From: Hyalangium minutum
Lineage (GTDB): Bacteria; Myxococcota; Myxococcia; Myxococcales; Myxococcaceae
Reading direction: 5' to 3'
DNA length: 62,000 nt
NCBI RefSeq assembly: GCF_000737315.1
Contig: NZ_JMCB01000006.1
Coordinates: 82,001-144,000 of the forward strand
How positions within the stretch are numbered: position 1 is the stretch's first letter; each line of letters begins with the position of its first letter. The notes below the pieces were generated by a model. That model was given only the letters and a program-made list of their open reading frames with translations, searched no databases and was not told the DNA's origin. Made by a program: the position numbers and the translations under genes. Below, one piece after another: positions 37,391-46,595 of this stretch.

Positions 37391-38127
37391 CTCTTGCTCC
37401 CCGCCTTCTGACCCAGCGTGACGCTGCCCAGGAAGCGCGCCTTGCCGATCAGCTCCAGCGTCTGGCGCGCCGCGGAGAACTGCGTCGAGCCCAGCGGCAC
37501 GCACAGCAGGGCGCGCTCAGCGGCCAGCGCCACCTCGAGCCCCACCGGGTTGGTGAGAATCGAGTCGATGGAGACGACGACCATGCCGCCCTGCTCCACG
37601 AACGCCCGCATGTCACGCACCAGACGGCTGCCAGCACCCGGGGGCAGCCCCTCGGCGTCGATCAGCCGGAGGGGCCGCTCGCGGTACTGGTTGCCCACCT
37701 CGACGATGGCCCGGCCCGCCATGAGCGCGGAGGCGCCCGGCTGCGCGGGCACCACCACCAGCGAGTTCCACTTCTCGCGCTGGGTCAGCAACGTCCACAG
37801 GTGCAGCAGCTCCGCCGGAATGGGCTCGGCGGGTGCGGGGATGACCTCATTGTGAACCGGCTCCTCGGGCGGGAGCGGCACAGGGGTCGGTGTGCCCCGG
37901 ACGACAGACCAGGGACGAGGACGGCCCGCTCCCGCCTTGGGGCTGGTGCTCTCGCCCCCGCGAGACGGGTTGTTTCCCCCCGGATTGTCGTTGGACTCGT
38001 ACATAGGCGGATCCAGTCTACTCATTTTCTGACCAGTGCCCAGGGGTGCATCGAACCCAGGATCAGGCGACTCAACAGATATTCTGCTGCGATCCGCTCG
38101 TACTGAACGCGCCCCTTTGCGGCTCAT
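37387..38127 (-). CDS. wzeX: Stand-alone bacterial tyrosine (pseudo)kinase, WzeX-like
   Basis: P-loop-like fold with degenerate Walker A (VVPAQPGASA), LIDAE, VVSIDSIL, ALLCVPLG and FLGSV. Position between wzy and the GT2 matches the recalled M. xanthus wzeX. Start codon uncertain. Confidence 0.6.
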   Translation of the reverse strand: MSRKGARSVRADRSRISVESPDPGFDAPLGTGQKMSRLDPPMYESNDNPGGNNPSRGGESTSPKAGAGRPRPWSVVRGTPTPVPLPPEEPVHNEVIPAPAEPIPAELLHLWTLLTQREKWNSLVVVPAQPGASALMAGRAIVEVGNQYRERPLRLIDAEGLPPGAGSRLVRDMRAFVEQGGMVVVSIDSILTNPVGLEVALAAERALLCVPLGSTQFSAARQTLELIGKARFLGSVTLGQKAGSKR

Positions 38128-39674
38128 GTGCGCCCACCTCCGTCCTGCACCGACGCAAACGCTTCAGCTGCGTTACCTGCAGGAACAGGCGCCCCAGCGT
38201 TCTTCCAGGCGCCCGTGAGTGTGGCCAACTTCCCGGAAACAGTGACGGCCAGCGCGATCAGGATGGTGCAGTACCAGCTGGTGATGCCCATGTCTCCGAA
38301 GCACTGGTTGATGTAGGCAAAGACGATGGAGACGACCACGAGGCCCCCTGCTCGCCAGTGAGGCGGGTGAGCACGGTGGTAGGCGCGCACGGCGAAGTAC
38401 ACGGTGAGTGCAACGAACAACCACACGCCCGTGAAGCCCACCATCCCGCCAAAGGCCAACAGGCCCAGCACCGAGTTGTGCGGGTGGTACAGGTAGTCCT
38501 CGAACAGATGGGAGATGTCCGCGAGCTTGATCACCTCTTGGAACCCGTGCCCGTAGCCCGTGCCGAGCATGGGGTTATTCTGCCAGGTGGAAATGAGGTT
38601 GAAGTTCTCCACGTCGCGGTAGTCCATCTCGCCTGTGGCGTTGTGCTCGCCGACGATCATCGACTTGAACGTGTTCACTGGCGAGAAAATGCCTACCGGA
38701 TTGGCCCAGCCGATGGCGACGTAGATGATGAACACCGGCGCCAGGAGGAGGCCGGCGCGCGTCGCGTAGCGCTTCACGCGGGACCACGGGCTGATCAGGA
38801 ACATGGCGATCAGGCACTGGTTGAAGCTCGCGTAGGCGATGCGGCGATCGTTGTAGTCCATGCCCATCAGGATGACGGCGGACACCAGCACCATCCTCCG
38901 GAACGTCTTCCAGTTGGGCTCCTCCGTCCAGGAGCTCATCGCGATGGCCAGCCCCGTCACGTAGATCATCGTGTCCGAGTGCGTGGTGGCGTACTCGGTG
39001 TAGAGCCCCTGGGGCCGGGCGATGAAGACGATGAAGAAGGCGCCCAGGAAGGCCTTGGTGAAGGCGGCCCCCACGATGATGCGGCCGAGAATCCGGAAGT
39101 CCTCCGGCCCCTTGATGGAGGCGTTGAACAGCAGCACGAACATGGGCAGCAGCAGCAGCTTCTGGAGCTGCCACTTCGCCGGACGCCCGTCTCCGCCTCG
39201 CGCCACACCCCAGATGTACATCCAGGTGATGGTCGCCAGGATGAGCAGCAGCGCCATCACCAGCGGCCGGGGCAGCGGCGTCATCTTCTCGTCGATCTTC
39301 AGGCCCATGGCCTGCCGGTAGACGTAGAGGGCGATGAGCCCGAACACGGACAAGTCGATCAGCGTGAAGCCCAGGCCGGGCACGCCGGTGACGACGTTGA
39401 GGTTGAGGAACAGCAGGCGGCCCGGGAACGAGAGCGGGGACTGCCACTTGCCCGAGTAGGGCACCTCCACCGCGCAGTCCAAGATGAGCATCAACGCCAG
39501 CAGCGTGAGGACGGGGTAGCGGATGGGGACCTTGGCCAGCACCCACAGCAGGATGGCCGCCGCCACCGGTAGCATGGCCACCGCGGGGAAGAGGACGAGC
39601 AGCCCCAGCGTGGCCAGCACCACGCCGGCCAGCAGCGTCAGGAAGACAGGGGTGCGGGAGAGGAAGGCTTCCAT
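38124..39674 (-). CDS. wzyX: Wzy polymerase / O-antigen ligase family protein
   Basis: About 12 TM segments, periplasmic loop with PMLGTGYG and YHPHNSVLGLLAFGGMVG (Wzy_C). Confidence 0.8.
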   Translation of the reverse strand: MEAFLSRTPVFLTLLAGVVLATLGLLVLFPAVAMLPVAAAILLWVLAKVPIRYPVLTLLALMLILDCAVEVPYSGKWQSPLSFPGRLLFLNLNVVTGVPGLGFTLIDLSVFGLIALYVYRQAMGLKIDEKMTPLPRPLVMALLLILATITWMYIWGVARGGDGRPAKWQLQKLLLLPMFVLLFNASIKGPEDFRILGRIIVGAAFTKAFLGAFFIVFIARPQGLYTEYATTHSDTMIYVTGLAIAMSSWTEEPNWKTFRRMVLVSAVILMGMDYNDRRIAYASFNQCLIAMFLISPWSRVKRYATRAGLLLAPVFIIYVAIGWANPVGIFSPVNTFKSMIVGEHNATGEMDYRDVENFNLISTWQNNPMLGTGYGHGFQEVIKLADISHLFEDYLYHPHNSVLGLLAFGGMVGFTGVWLFVALTVYFAVRAYHRAHPPHWRAGGLVVVSIVFAYINQCFGDMGITSWYCTILIALAVTVSGKLATLTGAWKNAGAPVPAGNAAEAFASVQDGGGRT

Positions 39675-39708
39675 CGTGGTCCTCGGGCGGCAGACACCGG
39701 GCGCACGC

Positions 39709-40902
39709 TCAGGGCTTGCGCGCCTCGCGGGTGGTGCGCACCCACTCCCCCTTCTTGTCTCGAGGGCCCGCCACCATCAGCCACACCTTCCACACCACGT
39801 AGAACGGCGCCGCCATCAGGTCCAACAGCCCCCGGGCGCCCATGCCCGACACCCACCAGCCGCGCAGCACGTAGAGGCCCAGGCTGGCCACGCAGAACGC
39901 CCCCGCGGCCAGGCTGAGCGGCGCGAACCCGGACACCCCGGAGAGCACGCCCGCGGCCACCGACAGCCCCACGGCGCCCAGCACCACGTAGCTCAGCGGC
40001 GGAACCAACAGGTCCATGGCCAGGTCCAGCAGCACGCCGTCGCGCTTGCGCAGGGCCTCGCCCAGCAGCGGCACGCCGAACTGCTTCGTCATCGCCCAGC
40101 GGCCCCCCTCCCAGCGGCGGCGCTGCGAGCGCGCGGCCTTCTCGGAGGACACCATCTCCCCGAGCACCTCGGCCTCCCACGCGTAGTGCACGCGGTGGCC
40201 CGCGCGGCCCAGGCGGATGCCGTACTCCAGGTCCTCGACGATGGAGAATGCGTCGTGCGGCACCTGGCGAATCACGCTGTGGGTGAAGCACATGCCGTTG
40301 CCGCGCAGACCGCACGAGACGCCCAGCCGCTCGCGGCCCAGCGAGCGCACCTTGTGGAACAGCGCCAGGGCAATGGTCATCAGCCGCGTGCGCCACGAGG
40401 CGCTTGGGTTCATCACGCCGTAGTGCGCCTGCACCGCGTGCGCGCCCGCCTCCAGCCGCAGCCCGAACGAGTGCAACAGGTGCGGAGACACCTCGGTGTC
40501 CGCGTCCACCACCACCACCGCGTCGGCAAAGCCGTCACTCAGGCTGCGCTCGAAGGCATGCGCCAGCGCGAAGCCCTTGCCGCGCTTCTCCGTGTCATGG
40601 CGCACCAGCACCGTGGCGCCAGCTTCGCGGGCCCGGTCCGCCGTGGCGTCCGAGCAGTTGTCCGCCACCACCAGGATGCGCCGCAGCGCCGCCGGGTAGT
40701 CCATGGCGGACAGGTTCGTCACCGTGCGGGCAATGCCCGCCTCCTCATTGTGCGCGGGGACGATGATGTCGAACTTCAGCCGCGGGGCCACCCGAGGCGG
40801 CGCCGCCTTGCCCGCCGACAACAGCGTCAGCAGCAGCAGATAGCCGCACGCCACCACCACCGGCAGCCCCAGCACGAACAACAGAACGTCCGCCCACATC
40901 AC
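39709..40902 (-). CDS. epsU: Glycosyltransferase family 2 with N- and C-terminal TM segments (EpsU-like)
   Basis: IIVPAHNEE, VADNCSDAT, GKGFAL, VVVDADT, GNGMCF, SIVEDLEY and QRRRWEGG. Confidence 0.85.
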   Translation of the reverse strand: MMWADVLLFVLGLPVVVACGYLLLLTLLSAGKAAPPRVAPRLKFDIIVPAHNEEAGIARTVTNLSAMDYPAALRRILVVADNCSDATADRAREAGATVLVRHDTEKRGKGFALAHAFERSLSDGFADAVVVVDADTEVSPHLLHSFGLRLEAGAHAVQAHYGVMNPSASWRTRLMTIALALFHKVRSLGRERLGVSCGLRGNGMCFTHSVIRQVPHDAFSIVEDLEYGIRLGRAGHRVHYAWEAEVLGEMVSSEKAARSQRRRWEGGRWAMTKQFGVPLLGEALRKRDGVLLDLAMDLLVPPLSYVVLGAVGLSVAAGVLSGVSGFAPLSLAAGAFCVASLGLYVLRGWWVSGMGARGLLDLMAAPFYVVWKVWLMVAGPRDKKGEWVRTTREARKP

Positions 40903-40933
40903 GGCATCACCCCGGCCCTGAACTCCATGTCAC

Positions 40934-42433
40934 TCACCCGGAATTCCGGTCCAGCTCGGCCAGCACGGGCACACCCAGCCCCCGCTCCACCTGCCAACTC
41001 TCCAGCACGCGTCCGCTCAGCACGTCACGCGCCAGCGCCGCGAACACCGCCAGCACCAGCCCGGCGACGATTCCGCCGATGGCGATGATCAGCGCGTTGG
41101 GCTTCACCGGCTTGCGAGGAAACTCCGCCGGCGTCAGCACCGTGAAGCGGTACTTGAAGGACTTGGCGGCGATGTCCAGCTCCAGCTTCGCCGCGTCGAT
41201 GCGCTTGAGGATCTGCTGCTGCGCGCTCAGCCGGCTCCGGAGCCGGTCCAGCGTCACCGCCGCGCTCGGGTTCTCCGACACCGCGGGCAGCAGGCCCATC
41301 AGCACGCGCTCCAGGCCGTACGGGTCCGGCACGGGCTCGTCCGGGAACGGCAGGGACTTGCCGCCCAGGTCACCGTACTCGGCCAGCAGCTGGCGCTCCT
41401 CTTCCTGCAGCGCCCTCACCTGGGGCGAGCCCTGGCGCAGCGCCGCCACGCGCGTCTCCTGCTCCACCACCTGCGGGTGGTCCGGCGCGTACATCTCGCG
41501 CAGCTGCACCAGCTCGTCCTGCATCTGCGTCAGCCGCTGGTTGTGCTGCACCGTCGCATCCGCGATGGCCCGGCGCTTGGAGCGGATGACGAAGCGCAGC
41601 TGCGCCAGCTCCTGGTCCGTGGAGCCGAAGCGCGGCAGCAAGCGGGGGTCACCCACCGCGCGGCGGCGCTCGATCATGATCGCGGTGAAGGTCTTCTCGA
41701 AGTCGGTGTAGGCCTCCTTCACGGCGTCCTGGGCCTGCTGCTCGTGCTCCTGGAGGATGGTGATGGCGTCCTTGATGCTGTTGAGCTCCTCCTCCTTGCT
41801 CTTCTCGAGGAAGCTCTCCTGCGCCTTCTCCACCAGCTCATAGGCCAGCTGCGGGTCGCCCCAGTCCACGCCGATGGTCACCTTGCCGTCATCGGTGCCC
41901 ACCCAGAGCTTCTTCTCCAGGGTGCCCACCATGGCGTCCATCTTGGCGTCCTCGTCCGGAGGCGCCGAGATGAGCCGCATCACCGAGTCCTTGAACCGCA
42001 GGAGCGGCGGACGCGTGGACTCCCACCGGTCCACCAGGTAGGTGTTCTTGATGATCTTGATCAGGTTCTCCTGGCGAAGCACCGCCTCCGCGGCGGCCTT
42101 CGTCGGCCCATCCACCTCGTTGGCCGGCCGCATGGGGTTGGGCGGATCCGGGTTCAGGAGGTTGGGCCGCTCCGGGTTCACCAAGCCGGGGATGATGGTG
42201 CTGGCGGTGCGGCGCGGCAGCAGCTTGGACTCGGAGTGCCAGGTGCGCGGCAGCAGCTTGGCCGCCAGCAGCCCCAGCACCGCTGTCATCAGGAAGGTGG
42301 CCAGCGCCAGCTTCCAGTGCCGGACCACGGCATTCTTCACGTAGCTGAGGTAGTCGCGGATCTGCTCCCAGTCGAAGATCTGGGCCTGCTCGCGCTCCAC
42401 ATCGGGGAGCCGATCCTCATGAGGTGCGGGCAT
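40934..42433 (-). CDS. epsV: Polysaccharide co-polymerase (Wzc-like, no fused kinase domain), EpsV-like
   Basis: Two TM segments flanking a coiled-coil periplasmic region with YAPDHPQV and VLTPAEFPRKPVKPN; ends shortly after TM2 (ERGLGVPVLAEL). Confidence 0.8.
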   Translation of the reverse strand: MPAPHEDRLPDVEREQAQIFDWEQIRDYLSYVKNAVVRHWKLALATFLMTAVLGLLAAKLLPRTWHSESKLLPRRTASTIIPGLVNPERPNLLNPDPPNPMRPANEVDGPTKAAAEAVLRQENLIKIIKNTYLVDRWESTRPPLLRFKDSVMRLISAPPDEDAKMDAMVGTLEKKLWVGTDDGKVTIGVDWGDPQLAYELVEKAQESFLEKSKEEELNSIKDAITILQEHEQQAQDAVKEAYTDFEKTFTAIMIERRRAVGDPRLLPRFGSTDQELAQLRFVIRSKRRAIADATVQHNQRLTQMQDELVQLREMYAPDHPQVVEQETRVAALRQGSPQVRALQEEERQLLAEYGDLGGKSLPFPDEPVPDPYGLERVLMGLLPAVSENPSAAVTLDRLRSRLSAQQQILKRIDAAKLELDIAAKSFKYRFTVLTPAEFPRKPVKPNALIIAIGGIVAGLVLAVFAALARDVLSGRVLESWQVERGLGVPVLAELDRNSG

Positions 42434-42842
42434 CGCTCTTACCTCCCGGGGTCGCCTCAGCCGCCTTCGCCAACAACCTCACCACTTGCTGAATGAACTC
42501 GTCCTGGGTGAACGGCTTCGTCAGATAGCCGTCCGCCCCCACTTCCTCCGCCTGAGCGCGGTCCAGCAGGGTGCCGCGCGCGCTGATCATCAACACCGGC
42601 AGGCCCGCCAGCTCCGGCTGGCCACGGATGTACTCGCACACGTCGTACCCGGACACGTCCGGCAGCGTCAGGTCCAGGCACACCAGGTCCGGCCGGCTGT
42701 GCGCCAGCTGCTCCAGGGCCGAGCGCCCGTTGGACGCTTCCTGGATGCGCGTGATGCGCAGGGCGTGCAGGAACTCGCCCACCATCTTCCGGAAGAGGGG
42801 CGAGTCCTCTACGACCAGGACCGTGCATTGCGAGACGTCCAT
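42417..42842 (-). CDS. epsW: Single-domain response regulator, EpsW-like
   Basis: VLVVEDS, CLDLTLPDVSG and YLTKPF; located between the beta-barrel and co-polymerase genes. Confidence 0.8.
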   Translation of the reverse strand: MDVSQCTVLVVEDSPLFRKMVGEFLHALRITRIQEASNGRSALEQLAHSRPDLVCLDLTLPDVSGYDVCEYIRGQPELAGLPVLMISARGTLLDRAQAEEVGADGYLTKPFTQDEFIQQVVRLLAKAAEATPGGKSDARTS

Positions 42843-42862
42843 GAACCTTTCCGGGTCCTCTC

Positions 42863-43036
42863 CTAATCGTCGAGCCGCGGCCAGATGACCAACACCATGA
42901 AGGTGTAAACCAGGTTGAAGACGACCATCATCAAGACGGCCTTTTTGACACCCCGGACTTGGTGACGCTCTCGCGCCGCCAGGCTCGGCAACAGAATCAG
43001 CGAGTACAGCACGGACAGCAGGATGAACTTCTTCAT
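42863..43036 (-). CDS. 57-aa two-TM membrane micro-protein inside the eps operon
   Basis: Manual translation: MKKFILLSVLYSLILLPSLAARERHQVRGVKKAVLMMVVFNLVYTFMVLVIWPRLDD*. Fills the epsX-epsW gap with 12 and 20 nt spacers; below the ORF-track cutoff. Confidence 0.7.
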   Translation of the reverse strand: MKKFILLSVLYSLILLPSLAARERHQVRGVKKAVLMMVVFNLVYTFMVLVIWPRLDD

Positions 43037-43048
43037 GACCGGGTGGGA

Positions 43049-44299
43049 TTAAAGCCTACCATTCTCTTGCCGGATCACCAATCCGACGCCCATGAACCAC
43101 TTATAGATGGGGTTGGGGTCGATCACGAATTCTCGCAGCCTCAAGAGTCGACCGGACGCCACTACAGCGGCCGACCGAGTGAGCGGCCACTGAACCTTGA
43201 AAGCGAGGCGTTCCTCGCCATCGTTGGCGTGGATGCCGCCGGTGGCCGACTGGGCGGCGGCGATGTCCAGGTTGATCTGGGCCTTGCGGCGGCCCACCCA
43301 CTCGAAGCCGAAGCTCTGCTCGAAGCGGGGATAGTTGAGGGTGGAGAAGACGTCCACGAAGGGGACGTAGCGCGCGGCCAGCTTCGCCTTCACGGGCCAG
43401 TGGTAGCCCACGGGAACGGGGGTGGTGAGAGAGACTTCGCCGATGGGGTGGAGGATGCTCTCGTAGGCCACCGGGAAGGAGTAGCGGATGGGGGAGAGGA
43501 TGTCCTCGTAGGCCAGCGGGAAGGAGTAGCGCTGGAGACGGTGCTCGCCCACGGCCACACCCATGGCGAGGCGGCCTCGGATCAGCGGGTGGAACTGGTA
43601 CTCCACCAAGGGCGAGGCCTGCAGCAGGGACAGGCGCCCGCCGGTGGAGAAGTGCACGTCCCGGCCCCACATCTCCGTGCCCAGCGTGAGGCGGCGGGTG
43701 AGCGAATGGAAGGCATAGAGGCGGAATTCCGGGCCCACCTGCGAGGGCGTCACCCGGTCACCGAACGGGCGCAGCTCCTTGGGCGGATCCAACAGGCCAT
43801 TGATGACGAGCCCCCCCATGAAGCCGATGTACGTGCGCCGGATGCCCAGGATGTCGAAGCCCACCATGTTCTCCGAGTAGACGTACTTGCTGGCGTCCAG
43901 CACGCGCTGCTGTTCGGGAGGGCTCGTCGCGGGGACGCGGAAGTTTTCGAAGGGGAACGCGCCGTAGGTGGTGGCCTCCATGGCCCAGACCTTGAAGCCC
44001 CGGGAGACCTGGTACTCGCCGCGCAGGAACAGGAAGGTGAGCACCTCCAGCGTGGGCTGGGTGAAGGTGCGGCGCAGCAGGAGCTGCGGCTCGAGGATGG
44101 CCTTCAGCTCCATGCGGTTGGTGTAGAGGATGGCCTGGCCGCGCGGGGTGATGACCAGGTCCTCGATGACCGAGCGGTCCTGGGCCTCCGTCAGGCTCGA
44201 CGAGCGCAGGAAGCTCTCCACCCGCAGCTGGGATGAGTAGCGCACGGCGGGAGAGCTCGCCAGCACCATGCCCGTCACCAGCAGGGGAAGGACCGCCAT
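43049..44299 (-). CDS. epsX: Outer-membrane beta-barrel polysaccharide export porin (EpsX/Wzp-like)
   Basis: Signal peptide and amphipathic beta-strand pattern; directly downstream of a short OPX gene, as recalled for M. xanthus epsY-epsX. Confidence 0.6.
   Translation of the reverse strand: MAVLPLLVTGMVLASSPAVRYSSQLRVESFLRSSSLTEAQDRSVIEDLVITPRGQAILYTNRMELKAILEPQLLLRRTFTQPTLEVLTFLFLRGEYQVSRGFKVWAMEATTYGAFPFENFRVPATSPPEQQRVLDASKYVYSENMVGFDILGIRRTYIGFMGGLVINGLLDPPKELRPFGDRVTPSQVGPEFRLYAFHSLTRRLTLGTEMWGRDVHFSTGGRLSLLQASPLVEYQFHPLIRGRLAMGVAVGEHRLQRYSFPLAYEDILSPIRYSFPVAYESILHPIGEVSLTTPVPVGYHWPVKAKLAARYVPFVDVFSTLNYPRFEQSFGFEWVGRRKAQINLDIAAAQSATGGIHANDGEERLAFKVQWPLTRSAAVVASGRLLRLREFVIDPNPIYKWFMGVGLVIRQENGRL
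43442..43531 (-). repeat. 45-nt in-frame tandem duplication (RYSFPLAYEDILSPI / RYSFPVAYESILHPI)
   Basis: Two adjacent near-identical 45-nt units at 43442-43486 and 43487-43531. Confidence 0.9.
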
Positions 44300-44305
44300 G
44301 GCGCG

Positions 44306-44932
44306 TTACTCCACCACCACGATGTCGCCGGTGCGCAGCTGGAACGAGGCGCCCTTGCCCTCGGTGCGGCTGGCGGCCTCGTAGTCGAAGCGGATGCGCA
44401 TGGGTACGGGGCTGTCCGGCTGGCGGCGCAGCACGTAGATGCCGTCGGGCTGGGCATAGTCCGTGAAGCCGCCGGCCTGCGCCAGCGCGTGCAGCACGCC
44501 CGAGCCGGGCTCCAGGCCCTTCATGCCGGGGCTCTTCACCTCGCCGAGCACCGCCACCTCCAGCTGCTTGGGCTCGCGCACGTACACGGTGACGGAGGGG
44601 TTGCTCACCATGGGCTTGAGCAGCTCTTCAATCCGGCGCGCGAGCGTCGGCGGTGTCATCCCCGCGGCGTCCACGTCATTGAGCAGCGAGAGGGTGATGC
44701 GCCCATCCTCGCGCACCAGTGTCTCCGGCGTGTCCAGCTCCCGCTGGTTCCACACCTTGATGAAGAGCTTGTCGCCCTTGCGGATGACGTAGCCCTCGTC
44801 CTGGAGCGAGGGCGGCTCGCGGTAGTCGTCCACCCAGATGAAGCGGCCCGGGGTGTAGCAGGCGGCCAGCGCCAGCAGCGCGGCTGGGAGGACTCGGAGG
44901 AGGCTTCGAGAGGCTGAGGTTGAACGGCACAT
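44306..44932 (-). CDS. epsY: Short OPX/Wza-type polysaccharide export lipoprotein (Poly_export + SLBB), EpsY-like
   Basis: Lipobox LAAC, YVIRKGDKL, VREDGRITLSLL, VLGEVKSPG and ALAQAGG; ends LRTGDIVVVE with no C-terminal membrane helix. Confidence 0.85.
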   Translation of the reverse strand: MCRSTSASRSLLRVLPAALLALAACYTPGRFIWVDDYREPPSLQDEGYVIRKGDKLFIKVWNQRELDTPETLVREDGRITLSLLNDVDAAGMTPPTLARRIEELLKPMVSNPSVTVYVREPKQLEVAVLGEVKSPGMKGLEPGSGVLHALAQAGGFTDYAQPDGIYVLRRQPDSPVPMRIRFDYEAASRTEGKGASFQLRTGDIVVVE

Positions 44933-44962
44933 AGAAGAGAGGCTCCGAAGAGGGGCTCCAGC

Positions 44963-46501
44963 TCACGCGGCGGCGGACGGCTGGACACGCGAGCGCCGCT
45001 GGCGCACCACGCGCAGCAGGCCTTGCAGCTCGTCCAAACGCACCGCGCCTGTCACGAACACGAGGACGATATAGAGACACGCGCCCACCACCAGCCGCAC
45101 CGGGCCCAGGTCCACGAGCGCCAGATGGACGCACGTCACAACGCCGCAGACGGCCAGCGTCTTCCCCATCCGGGTGAGGCTCTGCTTGTCGAAGGCGCGT
45201 CCTCCCACGGCCCACACCAGCATCCCCACGGCCACCACCTCGCAGATGAAGAGCGCCAGGGCGGAGGCGCACGCACCTCCCACGGGGCCGAACCACGCCA
45301 GGAAGGGGCGCGCCAGCGTCAGGTTGAGCGTGGAGTTGAGCACCATGGACACCACCGAGGTGCGCGTCACCCACCAGCCCTTGCCCAGCGCCGTGAGCAC
45401 GCTGGCGCACACCATGGCCACATACGTGAGCGCCAGAATCGGCGCCTGCAGCCGCAGCACCGCCGCCGCCGGCAGGAAGGCCTCGCCGTACACCAGCTGG
45501 ATCCACGTCTCCGCGCCCAGCGCGATGGCCAGCACCATGGGGATGGAGAAGGCGCTCACCGCCTCCAGCGTGCGGCGACTCAAGCGGAACAGATCGTCCT
45601 GCGACTGGGCCGCGGCGCGCGCCATCAGCGGCGTCAGCACCCACGTCACCACGGGCGCGGCCATGAGCGTCATGCCCGCGAGGTTCCACCCGGCGCCGTA
45701 CCAGCCCACCTCGGTGGTGTTCGTCAGGAAGCCCAGGAGGAAGATGCCCATGGGGCCGTTGGCCGCCAGCGCCGCCTCGTTGAGGAAGAAGGGCAGCGCG
45801 CCCGTCATCGCCTCCTTCGTGCCCTTCGCGTCCAGGCGAATCTCCAGGCCCGTGTGCACACGCGAGAGCCGGAACAGCACCACCGCCCGCACCACCTCGG
45901 ACGCGAGAATCGGCACGCCGAGCCATGGCAGGGGCAGCCCCAGTGCCAGCACCAGCAGCTGCCCGCCGCCCCACACGCACTTGGTGGCGATGTTGGCCAC
46001 CGAGAGCCCATCCACCCGCTCACGCGCGTGGAGCACCGCCGCCAGCGTGCCGTTGCACCGGAAAAACAACTGATACACGCCCAGCAGCAGCACCAGCACC
46101 CGTAGGTAGTCGGGCTTGCCGTCCAGGTGCATCAGCCCCTGCATCACCCCGAGCAGCGTCACCGCCATGGTGAGCTGGAGCAGCAGCGTGCCGCCGAAGA
46201 ACTCGCTGGCGTGCTGCGGCCGCAGGGCCACCTCCTTGCGGATGTAGACCTCCAGGCCCAGGCCAGCCAGCACGAAGAAGACGGCGGTGAAGCCCTCCGA
46301 GGCCCAGTTGAACTGGCCAAACGCCTCGGGCCCCAGCACGCGCGGCAGCAGCAGGCGCACCGCCAGGGCGATGCCGTACGTCACCATGAGCGAGCTGCCC
46401 AGCTTCACGGCGTTGCGCATGGACGTCGACACGTCCAGCCCCGCGGGCTGCGGTGCCGGAGGAGTCGCCGCGGCGCTCGAATCAGGGGAGGGCGTGGACA
46501 T
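44963..46501 (-). CDS. wzxX: Wzx flippase (polysaccharide transporter)
   Basis: About 14 TM segments, LPRVLGPEAFGQF, EVGWYGAG and YGEAFLPAAAVL. Confidence 0.85.
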   Translation of the reverse strand: MSTPSPDSSAAATPPAPQPAGLDVSTSMRNAVKLGSSLMVTYGIALAVRLLLPRVLGPEAFGQFNWASEGFTAVFFVLAGLGLEVYIRKEVALRPQHASEFFGGTLLLQLTMAVTLLGVMQGLMHLDGKPDYLRVLVLLLGVYQLFFRCNGTLAAVLHARERVDGLSVANIATKCVWGGGQLLVLALGLPLPWLGVPILASEVVRAVVLFRLSRVHTGLEIRLDAKGTKEAMTGALPFFLNEAALAANGPMGIFLLGFLTNTTEVGWYGAGWNLAGMTLMAAPVVTWVLTPLMARAAAQSQDDLFRLSRRTLEAVSAFSIPMVLAIALGAETWIQLVYGEAFLPAAAVLRLQAPILALTYVAMVCASVLTALGKGWWVTRTSVVSMVLNSTLNLTLARPFLAWFGPVGGACASALALFICEVVAVGMLVWAVGGRAFDKQSLTRMGKTLAVCGVVTCVHLALVDLGPVRLVVGACLYIVLVFVTGAVRLDELQGLLRVVRQRRSRVQPSAAA

Positions 46502-46595
46502 GGGCTCGGCGCAAAGAGGGAAACCGGGCAAGTGAACGACAGCCCCACACCCGCGTCAATTCGCGGGCAGCCCCCCAGCCCCGAGCCCAGGCGGC

